Assembly (NCBI GenBank): GCA_016871775.1
Contig: VHCI01000003.1
Location: 9,458 to 73,457 of the forward strand
DNA: 64,000 nucleotides
DNA from: Verrucomicrobiota bacterium
GTDB lineage: Bacteria > Verrucomicrobiota > Verrucomicrobiia > Opitutales > Opitutaceae
Direction: 5' to 3'
Program-made: the position numbers and the translations under genes
Notes under the pieces: model-generated
Database searches by the model: none
What the model was told of the DNA's origin: nothing
Seen by the model: the letters and a program-made list of their open reading frames with translations, nothing else
Shown: positions 29,900 through 39,935 of the stretch, one piece after another
Position numbering within the stretch: the stretch's first letter is position 1
Layout: the number at the start of each line of letters is the position of its first letter

Positions 29900-30685
29900 T
29901 CAGGGCTGCGCCTGCTTCTTCGGCGGCGGGTTGCGGCCCTGCGCGCTGACGACCTTCGGCTTGTCGATCTTCCGCGCCCCCGCCGGCAGCGCCGCCGCGT
30001 CGAACGCCGCCGCCGGGACGGGCGGCAATTCCCTCAGCAGCACCTGTTTCACGTAGGTGCGGTGCGGCACGCCGGCGTGAAGCTGGATCGCGATCAGCCC
30101 CTCGAGCGCCCGGTACTGGGCGTCGTGGTCAATGAACACCGAGGTCGTGCGGCCGTTGACGCGGTGCTCGAGCCGGTTGCCCCGGGCGATGACGGTGAAC
30201 TCATTCCATTGCGCCAGATCGGCCGTGACCCGCGGGCGCTCGCCCACCTGCCAGCGCTGGCCGGTGGGATCCATCACGACGTCGACCCCGTTGTAACCGA
30301 AGATGCCGCGCCCGCGCTCCTCGTAGGTCATCGCGGTGTGAACGTCCACCGGGTGCACGTCGCACTGGTAACCCTGGATCGTCCACGGCGTGACCTCCGG
30401 CAGGCGGCGGCTGCGGTACTGGATGCCCGAGTTGTTGTCGCCGACGACCTTCACCGTGGCCCGCAGCTCGAAGTCACGGACCGTTCCCTTCCAGATCAGG
30501 AACGAGTTGGTCCGCGGTTTGCCCGGCTCGCTCGTGCCGACGATCACGCCGTCCTCCACCCGCCACAGCCCGGGCTCCCCGTCCCAGCCGGTGAGGTCGC
30601 GGCCGTTGAAGAGCGGCGTGAAGCCCTCCGCGGCGAACGCGGGGGCGCAGAGGAGGACAAGGAGGGTGAGTCGGAGGGGGAGCAT
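29900..30685 (-). CDS. Exported DUF1080 (3-keto-disaccharide hydrolase-like) protein
   Basis: LFNGRDLTGWDG, NSGIQYRS, GYQCD, WNEFTVIARG, IAIQLH. Confidence 0.9.
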   Translation of the reverse strand: MLPLRLTLLVLLCAPAFAAEGFTPLFNGRDLTGWDGEPGLWRVEDGVIVGTSEPGKPRTNSFLIWKGTVRDFELRATVKVVGDNNSGIQYRSRRLPEVTPWTIQGYQCDVHPVDVHTAMTYEERGRGIFGYNGVDVVMDPTGQRWQVGERPRVTADLAQWNEFTVIARGNRLEHRVNGRTTSVFIDHDAQYRALEGLIAIQLHAGVPHRTYVKQVLLRELPPVPAAAFDAAALPAGARKIDKPKVVSAQGRNPPPKKQAQP

Positions 30686-30822
30686 TCCCGGAGCGTGGGC
30701 CGCGCCGGGGCAGGAGGCCAGCCGTTCCGGTGGCGCGCGGCGTCCTCCGCCTACCGGATTGCCCTCCGCCCGCCCACCGTCCTACCTCCCGGGACTCGTT
30801 TTCCCCCGCACCGCACCCCCGC

Positions 30823-31431
30823 ATGATGGACCTCCCCGCCCTCCTCCCGCGCCTCGCCCGTGCCCTCTTCGTTGTCACCTTGCTGGGCGGACCGATCGCC
30901 GCGGCCACGCCCACGGCACTAGGCGCCACCGGCTCCGTGGCCGGCCGCGTGCTCAACGTCGGCACCGGGCAGTACCTGACCAACGCCCGCGTCTCCGTCC
31001 GCGGCGCCAGCGCGACCGCGTTCACCGACAAGGACGGCAGTTACCGCCTGGCCGGGTTGCCGGCCGGGACCGTGACGCTGGAGGTCTTCTTCACCGGCCT
31101 CGACCCCGCCACCGCGCAGGTGCTCGTGCCCGCGGGCGGCGCCGCGCAGCAAGACTTCAACCTTAGCTCGGTCGCCCGCTACGGACAGCAGGGCGACGCC
31201 ACCGTGCGCCTCGACGCGTTCGTGGTCGCCCAGCAGCGCGAGACCGACGCCCAAGCGATCGCCACCAACGAGCAGCGCTTCGAACCCAACATCAAGAACG
31301 TCCTCTCCACCGACGCGCTCGGCGACGTCCTCGGCGGCTCCGTCGGCGAATTCATGAAGTTCCTCCCCGGCGTGACCGCGCGGCCGCGAGGCCGAGCGCG
31401 AAGAACCGGACCGCCGGTTAGAGGAGGTTGA
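30823..31431 (+). pseudogene. Truncated TonB-dependent receptor (N-terminal carboxypeptidase-like domain and start of plug only)
   Basis: Signal peptide, GSVAGRVLNV..YLTNARVSV, AIATNEQRFEPNIKNVLSTD, VGEFMKFLPGVT. The sequence becomes unrelated from ~31380 and the barrel is absent. Confidence 0.78.
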
Positions 31432-31446
31432 CGAGCAGCGCGTCGC

Positions 31447-31965
31447 TCACGGGGCGTGCGGCGCGTCCAGCCCAGCGCGGAGTTTCCGGCCGCGGGCCCG
31501 CACCTCGGCGGCGAGCCGCGTCTGGAAGGCCTGCATCCGGTCAGCGAGCTCCGGCGCCCCCGCGCCGAGGATGCGCAGCGCGAGCAGCCCCGCGTTGCGC
31601 CCGCCGCCGATCGCCACCGTCGCCACCGGGATGCCGCCCGGCATCTGGACGATCGAGAGCAGCGAATCGAGCCCCTGCAGCGCCTTCGACTCGACGGGCA
31701 CGCCGATGACCGGCAGCGGCGTCAGGCTCGCGACCATCCCCGGCAGATGGGCCGCCCCGCCCGCGCCGGCGATGATCACGCGCAGCCCCCTGCGGCGCGC
31801 CCCTCGCGCGTAGCGCACCATATCGAGCGGCGTGCGGTGGGCCGAGACGACGCGCACGTCGCAGGCGACCCCGAACTCGGCGCAGACGTCGGCGGCCGGG
31901 CGGAGCGTGGGCCAGTCGGAATCGCTGCCCATGATGATGGCGATGGGCGGAGGGGTGGTCTTCAT
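31447..31965 (-). CDS. purE: N5-CAIR mutase
   Basis: [41 protein letters not shown]. Confidence 0.96.
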   Translation of the reverse strand: MKTTPPPIAIIMGSDSDWPTLRPAADVCAEFGVACDVRVVSAHRTPLDMVRYARGARRRGLRVIIAGAGGAAHLPGMVASLTPLPVIGVPVESKALQGLDSLLSIVQMPGGIPVATVAIGGGRNAGLLALRILGAGAPELADRMQAFQTRLAAEVRARGRKLRAGLDAPHAP

Positions 31966-33149
31966 GGGGAGGCGGAAAAACGCAGATGGGCGGCGCACGC
32001 GCGGGCGGCCGCCTCGGCCTCTGGCAGCGTCGCCGCGGTGGCGGTGACGTGCCCGAGCTTCCGGCCCGCCGCGCTGCCGTCCTTGCCGTAAAGATGCACG
32101 TGCGCGCCCGGCACCGCGAGAGCCGCCTCAAGCCCTGCCGGCTGCCCGGGCCCGGGCCCCTCGCCGATCAGATTCACCATCACCGCGGGCGCCCGCAGGC
32201 GCGGGGAACCCAGCGGCCAGCCCAGCACCGCGCGCACGTGGTTCTCGAACTGGGAGCACTCGCAGCCCTCGATCGTGTAGTGGCCCGAGTTGTGCACGCG
32301 CGGCGCCAGCTCGTTCACCAGAATCGAACCGTCCGCGAGGAGAAAGAGCTCGACGCCGAAGCTGCCCACCGCGCCGACCGCGGCGACCGCGCGGCCCGCG
32401 ATCGTGGCCGCCGCCGCCAGCACCGTGGGATCCCCGGTCGCCGGCGCGCGCACCACGTGGCAAATGTGGTCGCGCTGCACCGTGTCGACCACCGGGTAGA
32501 CCGCCTCCCGACCGTCCTCCGCCCGCGTGATGATCACAGCCAGCTCCCGCTCAAAGGGGCACCAGGCCTCCGCGAACAACGGGTTGCCGCGGTCGCCGCC
32601 CAGCCGGCGCCACGCGGCGTCGAGCTCGCCCGCCGCGCGGACGGTGACGTTGCCCTTGCCGTCGTAGCCGTTGCGCCGCGCTTTGAGCAGGAAGGGGTAA
32701 CCGAACTCCGCCGCCGCGGCCGCCAGCGCCGCCGGGTACGGCGTGTCGCGCAGGCGCGGGACCGGCAGGCCGGCCTCCGCGAGCGTGCGCTTCTGCACCA
32801 GCTTGTCCTGCACCAGCGCGAGTGAGCGGGAGGACGGTAGCACCCGGTGCCCCGCGCGCTCCAGCTCGGCGAGCAGCCCGGCGTCCACGAACTCGTTCTC
32901 CAGCGTGAGGACGTCGACCCGGGACGCCAGGTCGAGCAGGGGCGGCAGCGTGTTCCAGTCACCTACCCGGGCCGCGGTGGCGACGGGGGCCGCGGGGCAG
33001 GCGGCGGCGCGCTCGAGGGTGATCACCGGGCAGCCGAGGGGGTGCGCCGCGAGCGCGAGCATCCGGGCGAGCTGGCCGCCGCCGATGATGCCGAGGCGCG
33101 GCCCGGAGGCCGGGGATTCGCTGCGGGAAGGATCTACTGCGGAAACCAC
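31962..33149 (-). CDS. purK: N5-CAIR synthase (ATP-grasp)
   Basis: [35 protein letters not shown]. The stop overlaps the purE start; the start codon is approximate. Confidence 0.95.
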   Translation of the reverse strand: MVSAVDPSRSESPASGPRLGIIGGGQLARMLALAAHPLGCPVITLERAAACPAAPVATAARVGDWNTLPPLLDLASRVDVLTLENEFVDAGLLAELERAGHRVLPSSRSLALVQDKLVQKRTLAEAGLPVPRLRDTPYPAALAAAAAEFGYPFLLKARRNGYDGKGNVTVRAAGELDAAWRRLGGDRGNPLFAEAWCPFERELAVIITRAEDGREAVYPVVDTVQRDHICHVVRAPATGDPTVLAAAATIAGRAVAAVGAVGSFGVELFLLADGSILVNELAPRVHNSGHYTIEGCECSQFENHVRAVLGWPLGSPRLRAPAVMVNLIGEGPGPGQPAGLEAALAVPGAHVHLYGKDGSAAGRKLGHVTATAATLPEAEAAARACAAHLRFSASP

Positions 33150-33437
33150 GATTAGGGCGCGACGCAAGGGATTCCCCCGTCAGTGGCAAGCGGATCCGCC
33201 GCCGTCACCTGCCCTGCGCCGCGACCTGCCGCCTTAAGCTCCGCGCGCGGCGTGCAGGGGTGCGCGAACGTCAATCCGCCGCGCCGCACCGGCCAGCCGG
33301 CGGGTAACTCCAGGTTTAACTGCCTCTCCGCAGCTGGAGCTGAGCCTTCATCCGGAAGCGGCCCCGCGGCTCCGTGCGCGGCAAGTCCTGAGTCAGGCGG
33401 GTTGCGGCCGCGCGCCGGCCGCGTTGATTTGACCTTG

Positions 33438-34112
33438 ATGTACCGCCTGCACCCGCTCCTTGCCGCCGTGCTCCTGCTCGCCGCCGGCTGCACGCCGTCC
33501 CCTGATCCTGCGGGCTGGCGCCCGCTGTTCGACGGCCGCTCCCTCGCGGGCTGGGCGCCCTCGGGCTTCGACGCCGAGGGACCAGTGCGGCTGGAGCCGG
33601 ACTTCCGCGGCGGCGGGCCGGCGATCCTCCTCCACCGCGGCACCACCGCCACGGGCATCACTTGGACGCGCGGCGCGGAACTACCGCGCCAGAACTACGA
33701 GGTCGAGCTGGAGGCAATGCGCGTCGAGGGCGGGGACTTTTTCTGCGGGCTCACCTTCCCCGTCGGCCGCGAGGCATGCACGCTCGTGGTGGGCGGCTGG
33801 GGCGGGACCGTGGTCGGGATCTCGCGGGTCAACCGCGTGGACGCTGCCGAGAACGAGACCGCGCGGGAGATGGAGTTCGCCGACGGCCGCTGGTACCGGA
33901 TCCGGCTGCAGGTCACCCCGGAGCGGTTGCGGGCGTGGATTGACGGCGCGCCGGTGGTCGATTTGGCGCTGGCGGGCAAGGCGCTGAGCCTGCGCCCGGG
34001 CCCGACGCAGCGCTCGCTGCCTCTTGGCGTGGCGACCTATATGACAACCGGCGCGCTCCGCGGCCTCCGGCTGCGCCCGCTGCTGGAGAGACCGGTGGAC
34101 CTCCGGCCTTGA
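33438..34112 (+). CDS. DUF1080 family lipoprotein
   Basis: Lipobox LAAGC; LFDGRSLAGW; GGWGGTVVGIS; WYRIRLQVT. Confidence 0.85.
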   Translation: MYRLHPLLAAVLLLAAGCTPSPDPAGWRPLFDGRSLAGWAPSGFDAEGPVRLEPDFRGGGPAILLHRGTTATGITWTRGAELPRQNYEVELEAMRVEGGDFFCGLTFPVGREACTLVVGGWGGTVVGISRVNRVDAAENETAREMEFADGRWYRIRLQVTPERLRAWIDGAPVVDLALAGKALSLRPGPTQRSLPLGVATYMTTGALRGLRLRPLLERPVDLRP

Positions 34113-34178
34113 AGTCATCCCGGCCCCGGGTCCTACTGCGACGGGCCCCGGGACAGAACCGTCCGCGGGTCCGCGCGC

Positions 34179-34254
34179 GTCCCCGTAGCTCAACTGGATA
34201 GAGCAGCGGTTTCCTAAACCGCCTATCCCGGTTCAAGTCCGGGCGGGGGCACCA
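34179..34254 (+). tRNA. tRNA-Arg(CCT)
   Basis: Acceptor GTCCCCG/CGGGGGC, D-arm TAGCTCAACTGGATAGAGC, anticodon arm GCGGT-TTCCTAA-ACCGC, GTTCAAGTCC, CCA end. Confidence 0.96.
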
Positions 34255-34261
34255 GCGCCGG

Positions 34262-35458
34262 TCACAGGCGCTTCACCGCGTATCTCATCGCCTCCGCGAT
34301 GCGGTCGAACTGCTCGTCCGAGTGCATCGCCGAGACGGCCGTTCGGATCAGGTCCTTGCCCGCCGGCACCGCGGGCGCAATCGACATCACCGTGAACACG
34401 CCCTTCTCAAGCAGCGCCTTCCAAAAAAGGTACACGCGCTCCTTCGAGCCCAGCACGATCGGCACCGCCGGGGTCTCGCTCTCCCACGTGTCCAATCCAA
34501 GCGACTTGAGCATCGCCCGGTACTTCCGGGTATTCGCCCACAGCCGCTCCAGGTGCTGCGGCTCCTGCTGCATCAGCTCGAGCGACGCCTCAGCGCAGGC
34601 GGCCTGCCCTGGACTGATCGCCGCCGAGAAGATCGTCTGCTTGGAGTTGGTCCGCAGGTAATCGATCACGTCCCGCGACGAGGCGATGAACCCGCCGGTG
34701 CTCGCGAGGGACTTCGACAGGCTGCCGCAGACGAGATCGACCTTATCCGTGAGCCCAAAATGGTCCGCCGTGCCCCGCCCCTGCCGGCCCAGCACACCGA
34801 AGCCGTGCGCGTCGTCCAGCACCGTGAAACACCCGTGATCCTCCGCGATCTCGGTCAGTTCCGGCAGGCGCGCGACGTGGCCTTCCATCGAGTAGACGCC
34901 CTCGATGACCAGCATCTTCGCGGCGTCCGCGTTCACCGCGCCGAGCACGTCCCGCAAGTCCGCCGGGCTGTTGTGGGAGAACCGCTCCACCGTCGCCATT
35001 GAGAGGCGAATCCCGTCCCAAAGGCAGGAATGGATGTTCTTGTCCGCCAAAATTACATCCCCCTTCTGGGCGAAGGCGGCGACGCTCGCCAGGCATGACA
35101 GGTAGCCGGCGGAATGGATGTGGCAGGCCTCGCGGCCGAGAAAAGCGGCCAGGCGCTCCTCCAGCTCAACATGGTAGGCGCGCGAGCCATTGGAGGTGCG
35201 CGCCCCCGTCGTGCTGGTGCCCCAGCGGAGCATCGCGGCCCGGCCCGCCTCAATCACCTTGGGGTGGAAGGTTAGCCCGAGATAGTCGTTGCTCGACAGC
35301 ATTATCATATCGCGCCCGTCGAGGCGGACATTAGTGCCGGTCTGCGCCTCCATCGCGTGGTAGTAGGGCGCGTACTTCAGGCGCATCTTGGTGGCGTAGT
35401 CGTCGCGGCAGCGCGCGAGCATTGCCTTCCGGGACTTGCTGAAGAACGACAAGGGCAT
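34262..35458 (-). CDS. Alpha-oxoamine synthase family PLP enzyme, serine-palmitoyltransferase-like
   Basis: SSNDYLGL, GARTSNGS, HSCLWDG, EGVYSMEG, DDAHG, GSLSKSLAS (PLP Lys). Confidence 0.85.
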   Translation of the reverse strand: MPLSFFSKSRKAMLARCRDDYATKMRLKYAPYYHAMEAQTGTNVRLDGRDMIMLSSNDYLGLTFHPKVIEAGRAAMLRWGTSTTGARTSNGSRAYHVELEERLAAFLGREACHIHSAGYLSCLASVAAFAQKGDVILADKNIHSCLWDGIRLSMATVERFSHNSPADLRDVLGAVNADAAKMLVIEGVYSMEGHVARLPELTEIAEDHGCFTVLDDAHGFGVLGRQGRGTADHFGLTDKVDLVCGSLSKSLASTGGFIASSRDVIDYLRTNSKQTIFSAAISPGQAACAEASLELMQQEPQHLERLWANTRKYRAMLKSLGLDTWESETPAVPIVLGSKERVYLFWKALLEKGVFTVMSIAPAVPAGKDLIRTAVSAMHSDEQFDRIAEAMRYAVKRL

Positions 35459-35488
35459 AGTCACCGGGAGGGAAAGAGCCAACCGGGG

Positions 35489-36700
35489 CTAAGGCAAACG
35501 GAAAGGCGGCCGGTCCCGGCGCCGGCGCGCGAGGCCCCCGTGCCACGCGACCAGATCCGCTGCGTGTTCGGCCCAGCGCCGGATCGGCCGCGCGCGGGCA
35601 GCCGCTGCCAGCGCCGTCAACGCGGAGGAATCTGTCAGCAACCGCCTTAACCCCGCCGCCAGCGCCTCCGGACCCGGGTCGTCGAGGGCGAGGCATCCCC
35701 CGCCGCGGGACGTCTCCCCCAGCGCGCCCCGGGCCGCGCACACGCAGGGCTTGCCGTGGGCGAGGCTCTCCAGCACCGGCAAGCCGAAGCCCTCCACGCG
35801 CGACGGGTAGACGGTGAACGCGCAGGCCGCGTAGGCCGCCGCCACCACCGCGTCGCCCGCGCCGGGCTCGTGGATGAGCGGGAAGCCAGCCGCCTGCAAT
35901 TCGCCCACCCGGCGCGCGGCCGCGGCCCCAGTCGCGGGCTCGACGATGCCGATCAACCGCAAGCGGAACGCCACGCCCTCCCGCCACAGGCGCTCCGCGG
36001 CCTCCAGCAACGCGAAATGATTCTTGCGCCCTTCAAGGCTGCCCACGCACAGCACCTCAAGCGGGCCCTCGCGCGGAGCCGCGGCGGGCGCCGCCGCCGG
36101 CACTTCCACCCCGAGGGGAATCGCCGCCACCGGGGGATGGTCGCGGATCCCCTGCCATTCCCAGAACGCACACAACGCGTCGCGCGAAGCCTCCGAGACC
36201 GCGGCCACGCCATCGAACGAGAGCAACTCGAGGAGGTAGGCCGGGAAACGCGCCACCGTGCCGGCCGGGCTGAAGTCCGGCCGCTGCAACGCGATCGCGT
36301 CATGGAACACCGCCACGGCTGGGCCGTCGGCAGCCGCGAGCAACCCGGGCAGCGCCGCCGCCACCGCGGGTGAAAACACCTCCGGCACCAGTAGGCCAGA
36401 GTTGGGGCGCAGCCGGTCCCGTGTCGGCGGGCGTCCCCCGCGCCACGCCGCCGCGAGCCAGCCCCGCGCGCGGGCGGACCACGGCCAGCGCGCCCCGCGG
36501 CGCCCGGCGGATCCGGGGGCGGTCAGATTGGCCTCCTCCCACGCCGCGAGCGGCCGCCAAGCGCGCGCATATGGGTCGCGGGTCACGGGCCGCGCCCCGG
36601 CGCCGAGTTCACGCCAGAGGGCGCGGCTCACGCGCTGGATGCCCGTGCGCGCCCGCGTGTGGCAGGTGTGGCTGAGATCGAGCAGGAGCGGGGCGGGCAC
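35489..36700 (-). CDS. GT4 (GT-B) glycosyltransferase
   Basis: TGIQRV, FHDAIAL, VGSLEGRKNH, YPSRVEGFGLPVLE. Confidence 0.9.
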   Translation of the reverse strand: MPAPLLLDLSHTCHTRARTGIQRVSRALWRELGAGARPVTRDPYARAWRPLAAWEEANLTAPGSAGRRGARWPWSARARGWLAAAWRGGRPPTRDRLRPNSGLLVPEVFSPAVAAALPGLLAAADGPAVAVFHDAIALQRPDFSPAGTVARFPAYLLELLSFDGVAAVSEASRDALCAFWEWQGIRDHPPVAAIPLGVEVPAAAPAAAPREGPLEVLCVGSLEGRKNHFALLEAAERLWREGVAFRLRLIGIVEPATGAAAARRVGELQAAGFPLIHEPGAGDAVVAAAYAACAFTVYPSRVEGFGLPVLESLAHGKPCVCAARGALGETSRGGGCLALDDPGPEALAAGLRRLLTDSSALTALAAAARARPIRRWAEHAADLVAWHGGLARRRRDRPPFRLP

Positions 36701-36710
36701 GGCGGGGAAG

Positions 36711-38234
36711 TCACGGGCCGGCCGCTGACGCCGTCAAGAGCCCGAGCTCCCAGAGCCCCACCGGGCCCCGGCGGGCGACCTCGCGCCAAGGTCCCGGGCA
36801 GCGGCGGAAGGCCTCGGGCCTTTCCGACTCGAACAAGAGGGCTCGGACCGGGCGGCCGGCCGCGGCGGCGAGCCGGGCGTAGCGGGAAAAATCCGCCGGC
36901 GAAAGCTGGTCCCAGCGCAGGACCGGATGCCCGGTGTGGAAAAGCAGGTTGCCGCTGAACGCCTGGCAAACGACCAGCGCGCCGGCCGGGAAGAGCTCCC
37001 GCGCCGCGGCAGCGCCTGTCGCGTAGGCGAGTTCCTGCGCCCGGACCTGCAGCGGCTCGAGCCGCCGGTGCCAGTAGCCGGCCGCGCTCAGGCCCCAGAG
37101 CAGCAGGATGAGGGCCACTATGGGCCGGAAGCCTCCGGGCCAGCGCCGGCCCGGACCCCGCGCGAGCGCCTCGACGCCGAGCAGCCCGGCCAGCACCAGC
37201 AGCGGCAGCGCGGGCAAAATGAAGCGTAGGCACCACCAGACCTCGTGCGAGACCTCGTAGAAGAGGTAACAGCCGATCAGCGTGGCCGAACCAAGCAAGA
37301 GGGCCGAAACCCTCCGCCCCCGGGTGGCGGGATGCGCGAGGGCGACGAGCGGCAGCACGAGCAGGACGGGGGGCAGCAGCCGCGCGAGCCACGCGCCGAA
37401 GTGCCGCGCCGTGGGCGCGCCGTACTGCCAGCCGAAGGCCGCGAAGATATCCCCGTAGCCCGAGACGAGCGCATGCCCGTAGAGCGCGTGCTGGTAACCC
37501 GCGAGCCACGCCGCGCCCGGGAGCCCGCCAGCGGCAAACAGGAGCAGGCGCCGCCAATCCAGCCCGATCAGAAGGGTTACCGCGGGCCCGAGGAGGAGGT
37601 TGGTCGGTCGCACCAGCACCGCCACCGCGAAGGCCGCCCCGGCCGCCAGCGCCCAGTCTCGGTGGACCCGCGCGCGCAACGCGGCCCACGCGGCGGCGAG
37701 CACCCAAGTCGTGGCCACGGTGTCGCTGAGCGGTTGCAGCGCGGTGAACACAAACACGGGGTTCACCGCGAGGAGCGCCGCGCCGGTCGCGGCCAAGGCC
37801 GGGGTCAACCCGAGCTCGCGGCCGAGCAAGTAAGTCAAAGCCACGGCGCCCAGCGCCGCAGCCACCAGCACGAGCATCGGGCCCGCGGTCCAGCCGAACA
37901 ACCGCGAAGCCGCCGCGAACTGCAGCGGCAGGCCCGAGGGATAGGTGGGCACCAGGTCCCCGGGGTGCCCGCCCCGCGGGAAGAATCCGACCGGCGTGAA
38001 ATGGATCGGCGGAACCGCGCCGGGTCCCCCGAACTCGGCCGGCACCTGCAGCGGCGTGAAGCCCTCCCCGGCGGCCAGCAGCCGTGCGCTGTTGAGGTAG
38101 CCGGAGGAATCCGCCCCTGCCGCCACCACTACGACCTGCGTCCCCAGCCAGACGCCGTAGGCCGCGAGCAGGGCGAGCAGCGCGACCGCGAACCACCACG
38201 CGCGGCGGGACGGGGGGGGCTTCGGATTTGACAT
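36711..38234 (-). CDS. Polytopic membrane protein, GT-C/PMT-like glycosyltransferase
   Basis: ADSSGY luminal acidic motif, PTYPSGLP, PLSDT, LVRPTN; many TM segments. Confidence 0.7.
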   Translation of the reverse strand: MSNPKPPPSRRAWWFAVALLALLAAYGVWLGTQVVVVAAGADSSGYLNSARLLAAGEGFTPLQVPAEFGGPGAVPPIHFTPVGFFPRGGHPGDLVPTYPSGLPLQFAAASRLFGWTAGPMLVLVAAALGAVALTYLLGRELGLTPALAATGAALLAVNPVFVFTALQPLSDTVATTWVLAAAWAALRARVHRDWALAAGAAFAVAVLVRPTNLLLGPAVTLLIGLDWRRLLLFAAGGLPGAAWLAGYQHALYGHALVSGYGDIFAAFGWQYGAPTARHFGAWLARLLPPVLLVLPLVALAHPATRGRRVSALLLGSATLIGCYLFYEVSHEVWWCLRFILPALPLLVLAGLLGVEALARGPGRRWPGGFRPIVALILLLWGLSAAGYWHRRLEPLQVRAQELAYATGAAAARELFPAGALVVCQAFSGNLLFHTGHPVLRWDQLSPADFSRYARLAAAAGRPVRALLFESERPEAFRRCPGPWREVARRGPVGLWELGLLTASAAGP

Positions 38235-38342
38235 GCGGCGCGCGGGTTTTGTGATCCCCCGCACTTTCGTGAGCAACCTGGAAGACACGCGCCTGCCGGG
38301 ACCGCGTCGTTCCGCCCGCCGGCGACCCGGAGGCGGCTCGAA

Positions 38343-39929
38343 GTGACCCCCCCGGCAAGGGCTCCCGGAAGCTGGTTCGCCCGCTCCCTCCGCTTCCGGC
38401 CGAGGGTGCTCGTCCTCGCGGGCATCGCCCTGTTGCTATTCGCCGTCGCCCGCTTTCACCAGCCAGGCACCGGTTTCTCCAGCCTGCTGTCCATCGGGGA
38501 TATCCTCAACGATTCGAAGGTGGCGGCCCTGCGGCAGGTGCCGCACCACGTGTACGAGGGTTCCGCCGGCTACGACGGGGCCTACTACGTGCAACTGGCG
38601 CTGCACCCGGCGCTCGACAACCCGGAGCTGACCAAGGCGATCGACAACCTTCCCTACCGCGCGCGTCGCATCCTGCTGAGCTGGGTAGCGTGGGCCGCGG
38701 GCCTCGGGCGTCCGGCGTGGATCGTGCAGGCCTACGCGCTGCTCAACGTCGCCAGCTGGCTGGTGCTCGCGGCGCTACTCTGGCGCTGGCTCGCGCCCCC
38801 CACCTTCACCGGCGTCCTCCGCTGGGCGGGCGTGATGTTCTCCCACGGCCTCTCGATGAGCGTCAGCCATGCCCTCGTGGACGGCCCCGCGCTCCTGCTG
38901 GCGGCGCTCGGGGTCCGCGCCCTCGCCGTAGGCCGCCCCGTCCTCGGCGGCACGGCGCTCGCGCTAAGCGGCCTCGCCAAGGAGACCGGCCTGCTCGCGG
39001 CCACCGGCCTGACGTTCTCGCCGCGGACGCCGCGCACCTGGCTGCCCGCGGCCGGGAGGGCGTTGCTCGTGCTGCTGCCGCTGCTGCTCTGGATGGCGTA
39101 CGTGCGGCTGCGGTTCGGACCGGCCGAGGATCCGGGGCTGGGCAACTTTACCCTGCCGCTCGCCGGCCTCGCCGAGAAGCTCGGCACCATCGCGGGCGAC
39201 CTCCGCGGACCCGAGCCCGCGTTGCTCGCATGGACCACCCTCGCCGCCGTGCTCGGACTCGTCGTGCAGGCAGGCTTCTTCCTCCTGCGCTGGCGCCCAG
39301 AGGACCGCTGGTGGCGGGTCGGGGCGACGTTCGCTGGCCTGCTGCTGGTCCTGTCGACGCCGGTCTGGGAAGGTTACCCGGGGGCCGCCACGCGGGTGCT
39401 GCTGCCGATGACCCTCGCCTTCAACCTGCTTGTGCCCGTCGGCTGGCGCTGGCTCCCGGTGCTGATCGCCGGCAACCTCGGCGTCCTCGCGGCGGCGCAG
39501 GAGTTCCGGCCCCCGATCGAGTTCCACACCTTGCGCGCCGATCCCGTCCTGGAAGGCTCCGTGCACGCGCGCCCGGGCTCCGGCTGGCACGGCCCGGAGA
39601 CGCTCGACGGTCATCGCTGGCGCTGGACCGTCGGGCGCGCCGAACTCCGTGTGCGCAACGACTCCGCCGGGGAAATCCGGCTCTCGTTTCGCGCCCAGGC
39701 GCACCCGGTCGAGGGGGAGCGCGCCCTGCGCGTCACGCTCGGGGAGCGGCTGCTGTGGGGCGGGCGGCTCGCGGTCCGCGGCGCGACCGAGGTGCGGTTC
39801 GGCACCGCGCTGCCGCCGGGGGAGAGCGTCCTCGTCTTCAGCACCGATCAACCGGCCCAGCGCAAGGGCACGGATCCCCGCGAGCTCGCCTTCCGGCTCT
39901 CGGGCGTCGAGCTGGTGGCAGTGCCCTGA
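38343..39929 (+). CDS. Polytopic membrane protein, GT-C-like, with C-terminal periplasmic beta-domain
   Basis: GYDGAYY..LALHP, YRARRIL, LAKETG; C-terminal GWHGPE..RWRW domain. Confidence 0.7.
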   Translation: MTPPARAPGSWFARSLRFRPRVLVLAGIALLLFAVARFHQPGTGFSSLLSIGDILNDSKVAALRQVPHHVYEGSAGYDGAYYVQLALHPALDNPELTKAIDNLPYRARRILLSWVAWAAGLGRPAWIVQAYALLNVASWLVLAALLWRWLAPPTFTGVLRWAGVMFSHGLSMSVSHALVDGPALLLAALGVRALAVGRPVLGGTALALSGLAKETGLLAATGLTFSPRTPRTWLPAAGRALLVLLPLLLWMAYVRLRFGPAEDPGLGNFTLPLAGLAEKLGTIAGDLRGPEPALLAWTTLAAVLGLVVQAGFFLLRWRPEDRWWRVGATFAGLLLVLSTPVWEGYPGAATRVLLPMTLAFNLLVPVGWRWLPVLIAGNLGVLAAAQEFRPPIEFHTLRADPVLEGSVHARPGSGWHGPETLDGHRWRWTVGRAELRVRNDSAGEIRLSFRAQAHPVEGERALRVTLGERLLWGGRLAVRGATEVRFGTALPPGESVLVFSTDQPAQRKGTDPRELAFRLSGVELVAVP

Positions 39930-39935
39930 GCTGGC

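Noticed and set aside
33150-33437. ZTP or purine riboswitch upstream of purK
   Set aside because: The conserved riboswitch motifs could not be found on the minus strand.
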